Under the pieces are notes generated by a model. That model saw only the letters and a list, made by a program, of their open reading frames with translations, did no database searches and was not told the DNA's origin. Of a stretch of 64,000 nucleotides of DNA, positions 23,193-48,086 are shown one piece after another. Both the position numbers and the translations under genes were made by a program. The stretch's first letter is position 1. Each line of letters starts with the position of its first letter. The DNA lies in assembly GCF_009914755.1 (NCBI RefSeq), contig NC_060925.1, one strand, 5' to 3'. This stretch comes from the human T2T-CHM13v2.0 reference genome, Homo sapiens.

Positions 23193-23631
23193 TAGCTCAA
23201 AATATGAAATAATTAGATATAAATCTAATAAAACATGTTCTGTGTTGTATGCTGAAAGGAATAATGAAAGAAATTAAAAGAAGATTTAAATAAATGGTGA
23301 GCTATAGGTGTTCGTGATTGAAAGACTTAATGTAGTAAAGACACTGATTCTTCCCAAATTGATCCATAAATTTCACACAATCAAAATCTCAGCAAAGGTG
23401 GTAATTGCACCTGTTGCACCTATAGTTCCAACTACTGAGGAAGCTAAGGTAGGAGGATCACTGGAGCCCAGGAGTTCAAGGCCAGCCTGGGCAACATAGC
23501 AAGACCCCATCTCAAAAAAAAATCTCAGCAGAATTTTTTTGTAAATATAGACAAGCTGATTCTAAAATGTTATGTAAAATCAAGGGAACTAAAATAGTCA
23601 AAACAATTTTTAAAAAGATCAAAGTATTTAA

Positions 23632-24620
<989 letters not shown>

Positions 24621-24881
24621 ATTTTTTAAATTGTAGAGACAGGGTCTCGCTATTTTGCTAGGCTGGTCTTGGACTCATGGTCTCAAGTGATCCTCCCTGC
24701 TTGGCCTCCCAAAGTGCTGGGATTACAGGCGTGAGCCACAGCACTCAGCCTAAAATTTTTAAGACTTACTGTATAACTACTGTAATCAAGAAATTGTGTT
24801 GGCCAGGTGCAGTGGCTCATGCCTGTAATCCAAGCACTTTGAGAGACCAAGATGGGAGGATCATTTGAGGCCAGGAGTTCA

Positions 24882-25265
<384 letters not shown>

Positions 25266-25799
25266 TCAACATATGGTGTTGGAACAACTGGAAATCCATA
25301 CGCAAAAAAAAAAATATATATATATATATATAAAACTACACCTCTCATCTCACACAAAAATTAGCTCAAAATGGATCCTAGATCTAAATGTAAAATATAA
25401 AACTATAAAATTTTTGGAATAAAGAGTATGAGAAAAATCTTCATAACATGGGATTAAGCAAAGAATTCTTAGATGTGACATCAAATGGAAGTCCTTTTTT
25501 TCTTTTCTTTTCTTTTTTGAGATGGAGTCTTGCTCTGTCACCCATGCTGGAGGGCAATGGCGTGATGTTGGCTCACTGCAATCTCCGCCTCCTAGGTTCC
25601 AGCGATTCTCCTGCCTCAGCCTCCCAAGTAGCTGGGACTACAGGTGCGCCTGGCTAATTTTAGAGACGGGGTTTTTTAGTAGAGATGGGATTTCACCATG
25701 TAGGCCAGGCTGATCTCAAACTCCTGACCTCAGGTGATCTGCCTGCCTCAGCCTCCCAAAGTGCTGGGATTACAGGCATGAGCCACCGCACCTGGCCTG

Positions 25800-31985
<6,186 letters not shown>

Positions 31986-32014
31986 GCTTTTTTGTTGTTT
32001 TTTGTTTTTTTTGA

Positions 32015-33003
<989 letters not shown>

Positions 33004-33435
33004 GGCCGGATGTGGTGGCTCACACCTGTAATCCCAGCACTTTGGGAGGCTGAGGTGAGCGGATCACTTGAGGTCAGGAGTTCAAGGCCAGCCTGACCAA
33101 CATGGAGAAACCCCATCTCTACTAAAAATACAAAATTAGCTGGGCATGGTGGCGCATGCCTGTAATCCCAACTACTCAGGAGGCTGAGGCAGGATAATCA
33201 CTTGAACCAAGGAGGTGAAGGTTGCGGTGAGCCAAGATTGCGCCATTGCACTCCAGCCTGGCAACAAGAGCGAAGCTCCATCTCAAAAAAAAAAGAAAGG
33301 AAAACAAATGAATCAGCCAGGCACGTTGACTCACGCCTGTAATCACAGCACCCAGGGAGGCTGAGGTGGGCAGATCACTTGAGGTCAGGAGTTCAAGACT
33401 GGACTGGCCAACATGGCGAAACCCCATCTCTACTA

Positions 33436-33597
<162 letters not shown>

Positions 33598-33908
33598 TCA
33601 AAAAAAAAAAAAAAGAAAAGAAAAGAAAAAGAATGAATCAAGCTTCCTATCTCCCAGAGCTCTCCTCCTATTCCTTAGGACTTAATCTTTCAGCCAGTAT
33701 AAACTATTGAGACTTCAGGGCAAGAAAGACGCATGAAACTTGTGACCTACATCTACTGCTTGAAATATTGGGCCAAATTTTCAGATCTATCACTGGGGGT
33801 GGTTGGAATATCACATCTCAAAATTATCACACATCCTTACAATTTTTTATGATATCATGAATCCTACCATTTTTTCAACTCAACTCCCAAGGAAGTTAGT
33901 AATGACGA

Positions 33909-34599
33909 TGAAACCACCATTGCAAGATTATGACTGAGACCATGAAGGAGATCTAACCTAATGGACTCCATCTTGGTTCTAACTTTAAACTGTCCTTGTT
34001 CCTTCCTGGGCATAGGCTAAACTAACTTTGGGAGGAATTTAGTTTATAGTTTAAAACAAAGACAATAACAGCCCTTTCCCAAAACAAACCTCCTCCTTGC
34101 CTGGGGACTAGACTGCCTTTATAAGATTAACAAATTAGCCACAAGATTAGAAATTATGGTTTAGGAGTCATGCAGCTGGAGGCCAAGATTCTGACCCTCC
34201 CTAAACTGCTCCTGAGACCAGTGCTTGAGATATTTTGCAGACCCTGCACTTGATGGATCAGCTGGTACCACCCAGATAGATAAACAGGCTCATCTGATCT
34301 TGTGGCCCCCACCAGGGAACTAACTCAGCGCATGAGGACAGACAGCTTCAACTTCCCATTATTTCATCTCCTACCTAACCAATCAGCGCTTCTGGCTCAC
34401 TGGCTTCCCCCCACCCACCAGTTGTCCTTAAAAACTCTGATTCCCAAATGCTCGAGGAGACTGATTTAAATAATAATAAAATTTCAGTCTCCCGCACAGC
34501 TGGCTCTGCGTGAATTACTCTTTCTCTATTGCAATTCCCCGTCTTGATAAATGGACTGTGTTTAGGTAGCGGGCAAGGTGAACCCACGGGGCATTTACA
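33909..34599 (+). mobile_element. LTR8 solo LTR (ERV1)
   Basis: TGAAACCACCATTGCAAGATTATGACTGAGAC start, GGGCAAGGTGAACCC...TTACA end, 691 bp, 4-bp TSD acga/atga. Confidence 0.85.
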
Positions 34600-35178
34600 A
34601 TGACATCACTTGCCTTTGGATGCCCACTGAACCAGGACTCATTTCTGGGTTCCAATCTAATCCCAGTCACTGAGTTGCTGTGTAACTTGGGGCAAATTAC
34701 CTTTATCCTCTTGCCTTCAGCTTTTCCTTTGGTAGGAAGGGAGCATTAGAGGAGAGATCATTTCAGTAAGGTCCTTTCTAATCCTAACAGTCTAAACAGA
34801 TTATTATGAATATTAGAAGGTAATAATAAATGTTGGAGAAATTAACTTCAGTTACTCGTATAATATTTCAAATTACCAAAGGGTTTATATTAGATTTGAG
34901 GCTAATTCCAAAGGATATTTAAGGACCATAGCAGCAAGGATTAGGAGGCCCTTTTGGTCTGGACCTCACCTTCACAAGGGCCTCAAATTTAGATTTTTGA
35001 GAATATCTCCTTTAAAAGTAATTGTCAAATATGATTATAATAAGTTCATCATTCAACCTTATATATATATTTTAGAATCCTCTTATGCCTTTAGGAATAG
35101 CACAGTTAGTTCGTCCTATACTTTTTTAGGTGTTGAAAGTATTGTCAAAAAACATTTAAAATATGCCATTATTTTTGA

Positions 35179-35538
<360 letters not shown>

Positions 35539-35658
35539 TAATGAAAGAAGTCTGAACTCCCTCCCTACCTCTGAGGATAATTTCCTTTTACTAGGAATTT
35601 ACTCTGCAACTGGCACTTTGCTAACATTGCCTGTCATATTTTTTTTTTTTGAGTCCAG

Positions 35659-35884
35659 CTTCTGCAGAAGCCTGCCTAATGTTTACAAACCTACGATGCA
35701 GCCACTACAATTATCCCCATTTCAAGGTCGAAGAAATGGAGATTTATAGAAGTTGTCAAATCGCTTACTAGCACACAGCTAATAAGTAGTAAAGCCATCT
35801 CTCAAATCCAGGAAATCTAACTGCCCTGCCTGAGCTCTGAGTCAAGGGTCCTACTTTGGCTGCCAGCCAGCGACGACTTCAAGG
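35659..35884 (+). other. ZMYM1: Candidate alternative non-coding 5' exon, largely MIR-derived
   Basis: Poly-T tract 35638-35650 followed by tccag/tgcag acceptors; strong donor AGG|gtaaga at 35885; 35700-35840 resembles a MIR core. Confidence 0.5.
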
Positions 35885-36430
35885 GTAAGATCCTATGCGG
35901 GCCGTAAGGACTCTTCCCCTCCCCCTCTCCCACTTCTTCTATCCCAAAGTCGCTCTTCCCAATTCAGGGAGCTGGGACCACCCTGAGCCAGCGGCCCTGC
36001 GCATGCTCAACCGCAGAGCACGACGGGAGAGGGGCGGGGTCGGCGGGGCCGTTTCGCTTCGAAGATTGTTTCAGAAGCGTTGGGCGGCGGGCGTCCCTGA
36101 GAGAAATTAGTAAGCCTCCTCATGCGGCTCTGGTTTCGGTCTTTACTCCTGCGCCTTACTCGAAAGGGGCAGGGTTTCTGCTGTCGGTCGGAGGGAGGAT
36201 GACGCGCCGGGTCGGGGTTTTAGAGACGGAGCTTTGAGTGCGGATTCCGCCAGATGGGGGTCGGGAACTCCGGGCCAGGCCCTGACGTGGATTGTGTTTG
36301 CCGCCTCCTTTAACCTTGCCCTCATAGACTGGGGGGGTTAGTGCTCCCCGCTTCCAGCGATTCTCGCCGCCTCCTGCTCCTGTGTAGTAACTGGGCCTTC
36401 AGACTTTAGTCTCGCTCCGCAGCCTCCGTT
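35870..36430 (+). promoter_or_regulatory. CpG-island promoter of ZMYM1
   Basis: The only clear CpG-dense non-Alu segment. NRF1-like TGCGCATGCTCA at 35998-36009, GC boxes at 36031-36050, TGACGT half-CRE at 36283, CTCF-like CCGCCAGATGGGGG at 36247-36260. Confidence 0.9.
36040..36109 (+). other. ZMYM1: Probable non-coding first exon of ZMYM1 (5' end approximate)
   Basis: Donor TTA|gtaagc at 36110 just downstream of the GC boxes in the CpG island; the TSS cannot be fixed from sequence alone. Confidence 0.7.
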
Positions 36431-38467
36431 TCAGAAGCCCCATCACACCTGTATCTCTCCTTCATTGAGCAGTGATTTTTCAAAAGTTTGACTCCTGGCC
36501 GGGCGTGGTGCCTCAAGCCTGTAATCCCGACACTTTGGGAGGCCCAGGCGGGCGGATCTCTTGAGGTCAGAAGTTCGAGACCAGCCTGGCCAACATGGCA
36601 AAACCCCGTCTCTACTAAAAGTACAAAAATTAGCTGGGCTTGGTGGCAGGCGCCTGTAATCTCAGCTACTCAGGAGGCTGAGGCAGGAGAATCGCTTGAA
36701 CCGGGAGGCAGAGGTTGCATTTAGTCGAGATCGTGCCACTGCACTCCAGAGCGAGACCCCGTCTCAAAAAAAAAAATGAAATGTTTGCTGAACCCCAAAA
36801 GCACAGTTTGAACGCTGCTGATTTACAAGATTAATTTTAAGGTATTTGGTATCAGGGACCTTCCTGACATGACCCATGTCTACTTTTCAAACTTTCCAGT
36901 TCCTTCTACTAGCACTCTTGCACTTGTACTTTATCTGCAACAACAGTCCCACTCCTTCTAGTTCCCATATATTTGTGCTTCTTTTTTTTTTTTTTTTTTT
37001 GGAGACTGGGTCTCGCTCTTTGGCCCAGGCTGAGTGCAGTGACACGATCACGGCTCACAAGCAGCCTCAGCCTTCCGAGCTTAAGCGATCCTCCCACCTC
37101 AGGTTCCAGAGTAGCTGGAACAACAGGTGCTCCCCACTACGCCCAGCTAATTTTTGTATTTTTTGTAGAGACAGGTTATCTTCATGTTGCCTAGGCTGGT
37201 CTCGAACTCCTGAATCGAAGCAATCCACCTGCTTGGGCCTCTCAAAGTGCTGGGATTACAGGCTTGAGCCACTGTGCCCGGCTATTTGTGGTTTTGTACA
37301 TGCTGTCTCTATACCAGGAATATCCGCCATCATTGGTTGGTAGACACTTTAAAACCCAGCTCAAATTTCACCTCCCAGAAGACTGACCGTCTTCTTTTTT
37401 CATTTCTTCTCAGTACCTTGTATATACTTACTGGTTGGGACATCCTACTCATCAGTGTAACCCGGTACCAAGGCACTTCGGAAATGATGGCTCTTCATTG
37501 CCTGCAGAATTAACCATGGACATTTTAGTTTGGTTTGAAAAACATATAGCCTTCTGCCTCCAGCCTTCCCATCAGGCTAGTAAAAGACCTTGCAGAACTC
37601 AGTTGAATAAAATAATTTTTTTTTTTTGAGACAGCATTTCACTCTTGTCTCCCAGACTGGAGTGCAGTAGCGCGATCTCAGCTCACTGCAACCTCCACCT
37701 CCAGTTCAAGTGATTCTCCTGCCTCAGCCTCCCAAGTAGCTGGGATTACACCACACCTGGCTAATTTTTGTTTAGTAGAGACAGGGTTTCACCATGTTGG
37801 CCAGGCTGGTCTAGAACTCCGACCTCAGCTGATCCACCCTCTCAAAGTGCTGGGATTGCAGACAGGAGCCACCGTGCCCGGCCGAATAAAATAAATCTTA
37901 GCAAAGTGTAATGTATAAAGAAGTGGTATAATGCGAAGAAATAAGGGATAGGAGTATATCTGCTTCCAGACTCTGTTTTGTTTTTGCTTGTGTCCATACC
38001 ACACTATCTTAATTTACTGTAGCTTTATAAGCCCTTCCAACATTTTTTTTTTTTGATATTGTCTTGGTTATGCTAGGCTCTGTATGCACATTGTATATAC
38101 ATTAGAATTACCTTACAAATTCCACAAAAACCCCTGCTGGGATTTTCATCTACAGCTTAATTAGGAGAAAAATTAATATTGACTCTTTCCATCAATGAGC
38201 ATTTATTTAGATCTTCCTTAATTTCTCTCAGCAATGTTTTGTTTTCACTGTAGAGTTCTTTAATAGCTTTCATTAGATTTATTCCTATATTTGATATTTA
38301 TGATGCTGCAGAAAATGGTTATTTTTATATTTTTCTGTTCTAGTATAAAGAAATAAAATTGATTTTTTGTTTGTTTGTTTGAGACGGAGTCGCACTGTGT
38401 CACCCAGGCTGGAATGCAGTGGCACAATCTCGGCTCACTGTAGCCTCTGACACCCAGGTTCAAGTGA

Positions 38468-38578
<111 letters not shown>

Positions 38579-38911
38579 TGAACTCCTGACCTCAGGTAAT
38601 TCACCCATCTCTGCCTCCCAAATTGCTAGGATGACAGGCGTGAGCCACTGCACCTGGCCAAAATTTATTTTCGAATGTCTTGCTAAGCTTAATAACTTGG
38701 AGATTCTTTTGAATTTTCTTTGTATAGAATCATGTCATCCATGAATAATAACAATTTTAACTGCCTTTTCAAAGTTTGTCTTTTATTTTTTCTTGCTTTA
38801 TTGATCTAACTAGAACTTCTACTACAATGTTGAAGATAAGTGATAAGAAAAATTCTAAAATGCGGATCTTGTATTATCCTATAATTCTGCTGAATTCACT
38901 TATTCTAATAG

Positions 38912-39256
<345 letters not shown>

Positions 39257-39348
39257 TAAAGTGTTGGGATTACAGGCGTGAGCCACCACGCCTGGCCTGC
39301 TTTCCAACTTTTATGCTAAATTCCCATCTACTATTTTACTTTAGCTTA

Positions 39349-39498
<150 letters not shown>

Positions 39499-39537
39499 TT
39501 AGCCAGGAGTGGTAGTGCATGCCTGTAATCCTAGCTA

Positions 39538-39711
<174 letters not shown>

Positions 39712-40624
39712 TTATTTTGCTCTTAATCTTGAAGGATATTTTTACTGAATATAGAATTTTAAGTAGATTTTTCCCCAGCACTTTAAAGATATTACATTGG
39801 CTTCTGGGGTTTTATTGTTTCTTTTCTTTTTTTTTTTTAAGACAGGGTCTCACTGTCCCCCAGACTGGTGTGCAGTGGCTTGATCACAGCTCACTGTAGC
39901 CTCACCCTCCCGGCTTAAGCAGTCTTACCACCTCGGCCTCCCGAGTAGCTGGGACTCCAGATGCATACCATCATACCCAGCTAATCTTTTAATTGTTTTT
40001 AGAGATGGGGGTCTCACTATGCTGCCAGGGGGTGGCCTCGAACTCCTGGGCTAAGCAGTCCTCTGTCCTCTACCTCCCGACATGTTCAAATTGCAAGTGT
40101 GAATCACCACACCCAACCTTAGTGCTTTTAAGATTTTCTTTTTGGTTTTCACCAGTGTAACTATGACATGCCTACTCGCGTTTTTCTTTATATCTTATTT
40201 GTGATTCACAGAGCTTGAATTCATGTGGTTTGATGTTTTTCTTCAGTTTTAGGAAATTGTCCTAAAAAATTGTAGGTATTTTTTGTTTTTGTTTTTTTTC
40301 GAGACAGTGTCTCAGTCTGTCACCTAGGTTGGTGTGCAGTGGTGCGATCATAGCTCACTGTAACCTGGAACTCTTTCCTGGGCTCAGGTGATCCTCCAGC
40401 CTCAGCCTCCCACATAGCCTGTACTACAGGCATCCACCACCATGCCCAGCTAATTTTTCTAATTTCTTTGTAGAGATGAGGGTCTCACTATGTCACCCAG
40501 GCTGGTCTCGAACTCCTGGGCTCAAACTCCTGCCTTGGCTTCCCAGAGTTCTGGGATTATAGGCGTGAGCCACCTTGCCTGGTATTTTCTTTCAAATACT
40601 GCTTCTTTTGCATTGTCTATTTTC

Positions 40625-40717
40625 TCTTATCCTAGAACTGAATAAGAGATCCCACGTGGCACATTATTCTAGATTCTTATTCTAGAACTGAATAGGAATC
40701 CCACATGGCACATTATT
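40625..40717. repeat. Imperfect 50-bp-period tandem duplication
   Basis: tcttatcctagaactgaataagagatcccacgtggcacattatt followed by tcttattctagaactgaataggaatcccacatggcacattatt. Confidence 0.9.
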
Positions 40718-41661
40718 TCAATTTTCCATCCTTTTATCTCTGTGCATCAGTGTACCTTCTAGCTTGTCTTCTTCACTAATTTGATATTCATCGATTGAAT
40801 TCTTAACTTCCTCACTGTGTTTTCCAATTCTAGATTTTCCATTTAACTTTTTTTTTTTTTTTTGATGGATGCCAGGTCACTACAGAACTTCTCCATCTTT
40901 CCTCTGTTTTCTCAAACATAACCAAGTCCTTGCCTGACAAGAACAATATCTGAGTCACCTGTGGGTTTGTTTCTATTGCCATTTTTTTCCAGTCAGTTTT
41001 GGGATTTTAAAAATTCCTCTTAGTCCATAAATTATTACTGGATTCTGGAAATTTTGGATGAACATTATTAGCATCCGGATGTACTTCCTTCAAAGCAGAC
41101 TAAGGTTGCCATTAGGCACGTGGATAGTAGTAGCAGATGACATTGATCCTGTTGAGGGTTGATTATAGGTCTTGTTAAGACTGGTCTATTTCAGTTTGTC
41201 CTTTCTTCTTGGAAGTGGTCTCTTTTCCTCCTGGGGCATAGCCATTACTCCTAGGGCAAGGCCCTCCTTGAGTCTCAACCCGAAATCCAGGTCTTTACCA
41301 AAACCCCTCTATCTTGCTGGTCTTAAATTTCAACTCTCAACTCAGCATAGCTGCTATAATCTTATTAGCTCTTTGACGTTTAACTGCTGTGTTCTGTTAA
41401 GTTTTTGAAGTCTCACTCTGTAAATGTGCAGTTTAGGAGTCCGCCAATGACTTGGAGGAGGGGAGATTTCTATGCATATTATTTTTCTGTAGTTCCCTCC
41501 TCTCCCAGATTGTGCCTCTTGAGTTCCAGCTACTTTAGAATCCAGTACTTCTAACTGTCTCCTGCTGTTTTCTGCTTGGGTTTCCACTATTTTGTCATGG
41601 AAAGTCCCCTTACCAGTAAAGTCTGTTAAATTTTGTAATTAATTCCAGTGAAAGGATTTAG

Positions 41662-41919
<258 letters not shown>

Positions 41920-42493
41920 TAGCCAGGATGATCTCGATCTCCTGACCTTGTGATCCACCCGCCTCGGCCTCCTAAAGTGCTGGGATTACAGGCGTGAGCC
42001 ACCGCGCCCGGCCCCCATATTATTTTTACTTCATGCTAGTCTGTTAAAATCTGGAGCTCAGTTGGTTTCCAAACTGCATAGGATCTGATTAGGCAGAAAT
42101 GACTTTGGCAGGAAGGAAAGCAGTATGAGGACAAGTAAAGTGAGGAGGTTAAGGTGCAGCTGATTCTTTGCCTTGACATCTGTCTCCCTTTCCCTCTGGC
42201 CCAAAGAGGAGGATAGTGTTTTCTCCTGTGGTTGTTGTAGATCTCCCTTTGGCTGCAGCTGTCCTTTCCTGACCCTGAAACCACCTCCATGACTACATTC
42301 CAGCTTCAGGGACAATAGCCTCCTTCCTTGAACAGTCATTCCTAGAGCTCTCTTGGGCCTGCCCTTTCTTGCCTTTGGTGTGGCACATGCCAGCCACCTA
42401 GCTCTAATAGGGAATTATTGTTGTTAAATCAGTATTCTGTACCCCTCATTCCCAGCCTAGTTTTGAAATGTACTTGTGGTTGGAGTGCTAGGT

Positions 42494-42850
42494 TCACACT
42501 GGCCCCTAGCATTTGTGGGGTCCTTGCTAAGAGTATGAATGGAAGCCCACATACTCTGTGTCTAAATATTTAAAAGTTATAAATTAAGCTAACACATCGT
42601 GGAATAAAATGAGTTCCATCCTCCTGCCGTGACAAATACACCTTTGTAATGACCAAATAGAAAAACACGTGTAAAGCTGTGGTTTTCAGGACTGAAAGTA
42701 AGCAAATTTTCAATGATGACAGAATTCAATTTTATGTATTACGTTTAAACATTGTATTTGGGTTACTCATGGTAAATTGTTATCACAGAAAATATTGAAG
42801 ATTTGAATTTCATTATATAAATCACTGTCATTCATAATGTGGCTTTTTAA
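42494..42850. mobile_element. Possible hAT-Tip100 (Zaphod/MER115-like) DNA transposon end
   Basis: ggcccctagcatttgtggggtcc...gcccacatac...gtctaaatatttaaaagttataaattaagctaac resembles my recollection of this family; tentative. Confidence 0.35.
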
Positions 42851-42879
42851 AATCATTTCTTCAAGTCATATTTATATTC

Positions 42880-42957
42880 ATACAGAATTTTAAGGTTTTT
42901 TCCCAAAATTTTCAATATATACAGAATTTTAAGGTTTTTTCCCAAAATTTTCAATAT
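42880..42957. repeat. Perfect 39-bp tandem duplication
   Basis: atacagaattttaaggttttttcccaaaattttcaatat x2. Confidence 0.95.
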
Positions 42958-42991
42958 TGGGTTATTAGTTTATTTTATTTATTTATTCTGA

Positions 42992-43099
<108 letters not shown>

Positions 43100-43982
43100 T
43101 AGCTGGGACTACAGTCTGGGCTATTTATAAAAAGCAGAAAATGACTGTTTGTTGCTAAATTTGTTCAACTCTGTCTCCAATCAAGATTGTAACTTAATCT
43201 GTAGCAGTAAAAAAAATAGTCTCTATATAAATTAGTTTTGAGATTATATGTCTGTGAATCTTATTCATCGTCATGCAGTTTCCTTTCATTATTGTAACTG
43301 CCTTATATTTCATTGAAATCTCATGCAATTTTTTTTTCAATTAAAAAATTCTTTTTTTTTCTTTTGAGATGCAGTTTCGCACTGTCACCCAGGCTTGAGC
43401 GACAGTGAGCTTGATCTCAGCTCACTACATCCTCCACCTCCTGGGTTTAAGCAATTCTCTGCCTCAGCCTCCCGAGTAGCAGGGATTACAGGCGCCCACC
43501 ACCACGCTTGGCTAATTTTTTTTGTATTTTTAGTAGAAACAGGGTTTCACCATCTTGGCCAGGCTGATTTTGAACTCCTGACCCTGTGATCCACCCACCT
43601 CAGCCTCCCAAAGTGCTGGGATTACAGGCATGAGCCACCGCACCCAGCCTTTTTTTTTTTTTTTTTTTTTTTTTTTGAGATGGAGTCTTGCTCTGTCGTA
43701 CCCAGGCTGGAGTGCAGTGGCACGATCTCCACTCACAGCAGCCTCCATCTCCCAGGTCAAGAGATTCTCCTGTCTCAGCCTCCCAAGAGCTGGAACTACA
43801 GGTGTGTGCCACCACACCTGACTAATTTTTTGAATTTTGAGTAGAGATGGGGTTTTACCATGTTGGCCAGGCTAGTCTCGAACTCCTGACTTCAGGTAAT
43901 CTGCCTGCCTCAGGCTCCCAAAGTGCTGGGATTACAGAGGTGAGCCACTGTGCCCGCCCAAAAATTCATTTTTTAACAGTAG

Positions 43983-44495
<513 letters not shown>

Positions 44496-44988
44496 TGAGG
44501 CCGGTGGATCATGAGGTCAGTAGTTCAAGACCAGCCTGGCCAAGATGGTGAAACCCGATCTCTACTAAAAATACAAAACTTAGCCAGGCATGCTGGCTGG
44601 TGCCTATAATCCCAGCTACTCAGGAGGCTGAGGCAGATAATTGGTTGAACCTGGGAGGCGGAGGTTGCAGTGAGCTGAGATTATGTCACTGCACTCCAGC
44701 CTGGGTGACAGAGAGAGATTCCATCTCAAGAAAAAAAAATGAATGTGAATTTTGTTGTCTGCTCTTATCATATTTCTCTCTTTGGTTTAAATTAAAATAT
44801 TTTATGGCTGGGCGCGGTGGCTCACACCTGTAATCCCAACACTTTGGGTGGCCGAGGCAGGCGGATCACAAGGTCAGGTGATCGAGACCATCCTGGCCAA
44901 CATGGTGAAAACCCGTCTCTACTAAAAATACAAAAATTAGCTGAGCTTGGTAGCACGTGCCTGTAATCCCAGCTACACAGGATGCTCA

Positions 44989-45192
<204 letters not shown>

Positions 45193-45435
45193 TTATATTA
45201 CTACCAAGTAGTATTGCCCAGCAGGAAGATGTGCAACATTCATCCTTTGACTATTAATACCTGTACTCTTTCATACTATGATTTAGCCCTAGTTTGGAAA
45301 GATGAGTAGGGCTATATTAAAAGAAAGTCTGTAGGACTTATTTTACTCTAATGTGCATCTTGTTGGAAAAGGAAGTAATGGATCTGTCACTAATACATGT
45401 TTTGCTCTTCTTATAGCCAAACAAATGTTGCATAG

Positions 45436-45803
<368 letters not shown>

Positions 45804-45864
45804 TGACACATTTGAAGGAGTTGCAAGATGCCAAAGCTCATAGGTACTTTGTTTTGTTTTATCT

Positions 45865-45930
45865 TACGAATAACAATAATTGTACCTCACGTAAACCTCA
45901 TTGGCTGTGATACCGCCACTGCACAAAACT
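45865..45930 (-). pseudogene. U4 snRNA 3'-truncated retropseudogene (about nt 1-66)
   Basis: Minus strand AGTTTTGTGCAGTGGCGGTATCACAGCCAATGAGGTTTACGTGAGGTACAATTATTGTTA matches the U4 5' end AGCTTTGCGCAGTGGCAGTATCGTAGCCAATGAGGTTTATCCGAGGCGCGATTATTGCTA; TSD ggtactttgtttt / ggtgctttgtttt. Confidence 0.88.
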
Positions 45931-46341
45931 CGGTGCTTTGTTTTTAATTGATGTTTAAGACTTGCATGGCATGTGTACTTTCAGGTGAAGGGAATCTACC
46001 TAATGACAAATAGTTAATTTTTAGTGAGTTTTGCTTTACTGTTTGTGTATAATGCTCAAATGGGCTGGACAGAGGCTGTATGAGCTATTTATTGCACTTG
46101 ACTCTCAGGCCTTATTTAACTTTCTGCATTGGGATAGGAACTTTCAACAAAAGCTGAGCTAAAGATGGAAATGAGGGAAGGTGGTTGAGCCCCAATCACA
46201 GAAATAAAAAATAATGGCAGAATTACTTGGGTCTTTCATGTACTAACCCAGAATAAAACCATAGTCCTGGAATTACTCCTGTAAGAGGTTTTTTGTTATT
46301 TTTTTCTTTTTTTGAGCCCATTATTCTAAGTGATCCTGTAA

Positions 46342-46810
<469 letters not shown>

Positions 46811-47069
46811 TGATCCACCCACCTCGGCCTCCCCAAGTGCTGGGATTACAGGCGTGAGCCACCGAGCCTGGCCTATAAGGCTCTTTTTTAAGGATCTAGG
46901 AGACAGGAAGACTTGCACTCTGAAGCCAAGCTAGGGTGGCAGGAAGGGAAAGGGTTCCAAAGGATTTAGAATCAGAGGTAACAGCTACCAGATAAGTGGA
47001 AAGTAGGCCTCAGTCAAGGAAAAAGGAGAAAAGAAGGAACCAATCTGTCTTTGAAAAAGAGACCTTGCT

Positions 47070-47204
47070 GGGAGGGATAGCATTAGAAGCTATACCTAAT
47101 ATAGGTGACAGGTTGATGGGTGCAGCAAACCACCATGGCATGTGTATACCTATATAACAAAACTGCACGTTCTGCACATACACCCCAGAACTTTAATGAA
47201 AAAA
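47070..47204 (+). mobile_element. Very short 5'-truncated L1PA 3' end (about 135 bp)
   Basis: L1PA 3'UTR terminus (gggtgcagcaaaccaccatggca...cccagaactt) flanked by a perfect 17-bp TSD gaaaaagagaccttgct (47053-47069, 47205-47221). Confidence 0.9.
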
Positions 47205-47453
47205 GAAAAAGAGACCTTGCTTTCGTAGTTCCTCAAAAGTTGTAAGATTGACCAAAAAGGAATCTATTGATTTGGATAGTGAGGAGAAGCAGGCAGGCAT
47301 GTGTGATGGGAAAATAGACTTAAGACTTATTTGACTGGGTGTGGTGGCTCACACCTGTAATCCCAGCACTTTGGGAGGCCGAGGTGGGCGGATCACCTGA
47401 GGTTGGGAGTTCGAGACCAGCCTGACCAACATGGAGAAACCCTGTCTCTACTA

Positions 47454-47633
<180 letters not shown>

Positions 47634-47827
47634 TTAAAAGGTAGATTGATCTAATTTCATAATTAGATTTAGGGAGAAGAAGAATAATTCCAGGTTAATC
47701 CTAGATTTCTGGCATGGGAAATTAGGTATATGACACTGCTATTTACCAAAAAAAAGGAATATCTGTAAAACAGGTTTGTGGGGGTAATAAAAGAATATAG
47801 TTTTACTGAGGCAAGAGGATTGCTTGA

Positions 47828-48086
<259 letters not shown>

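Noticed and set aside
35895-36325. ORFs of 71 aa (+) and 60 aa (-) across the CpG island
   Set aside because: Expected by chance in GC-rich, stop-poor promoter DNA; no recognisable homology.
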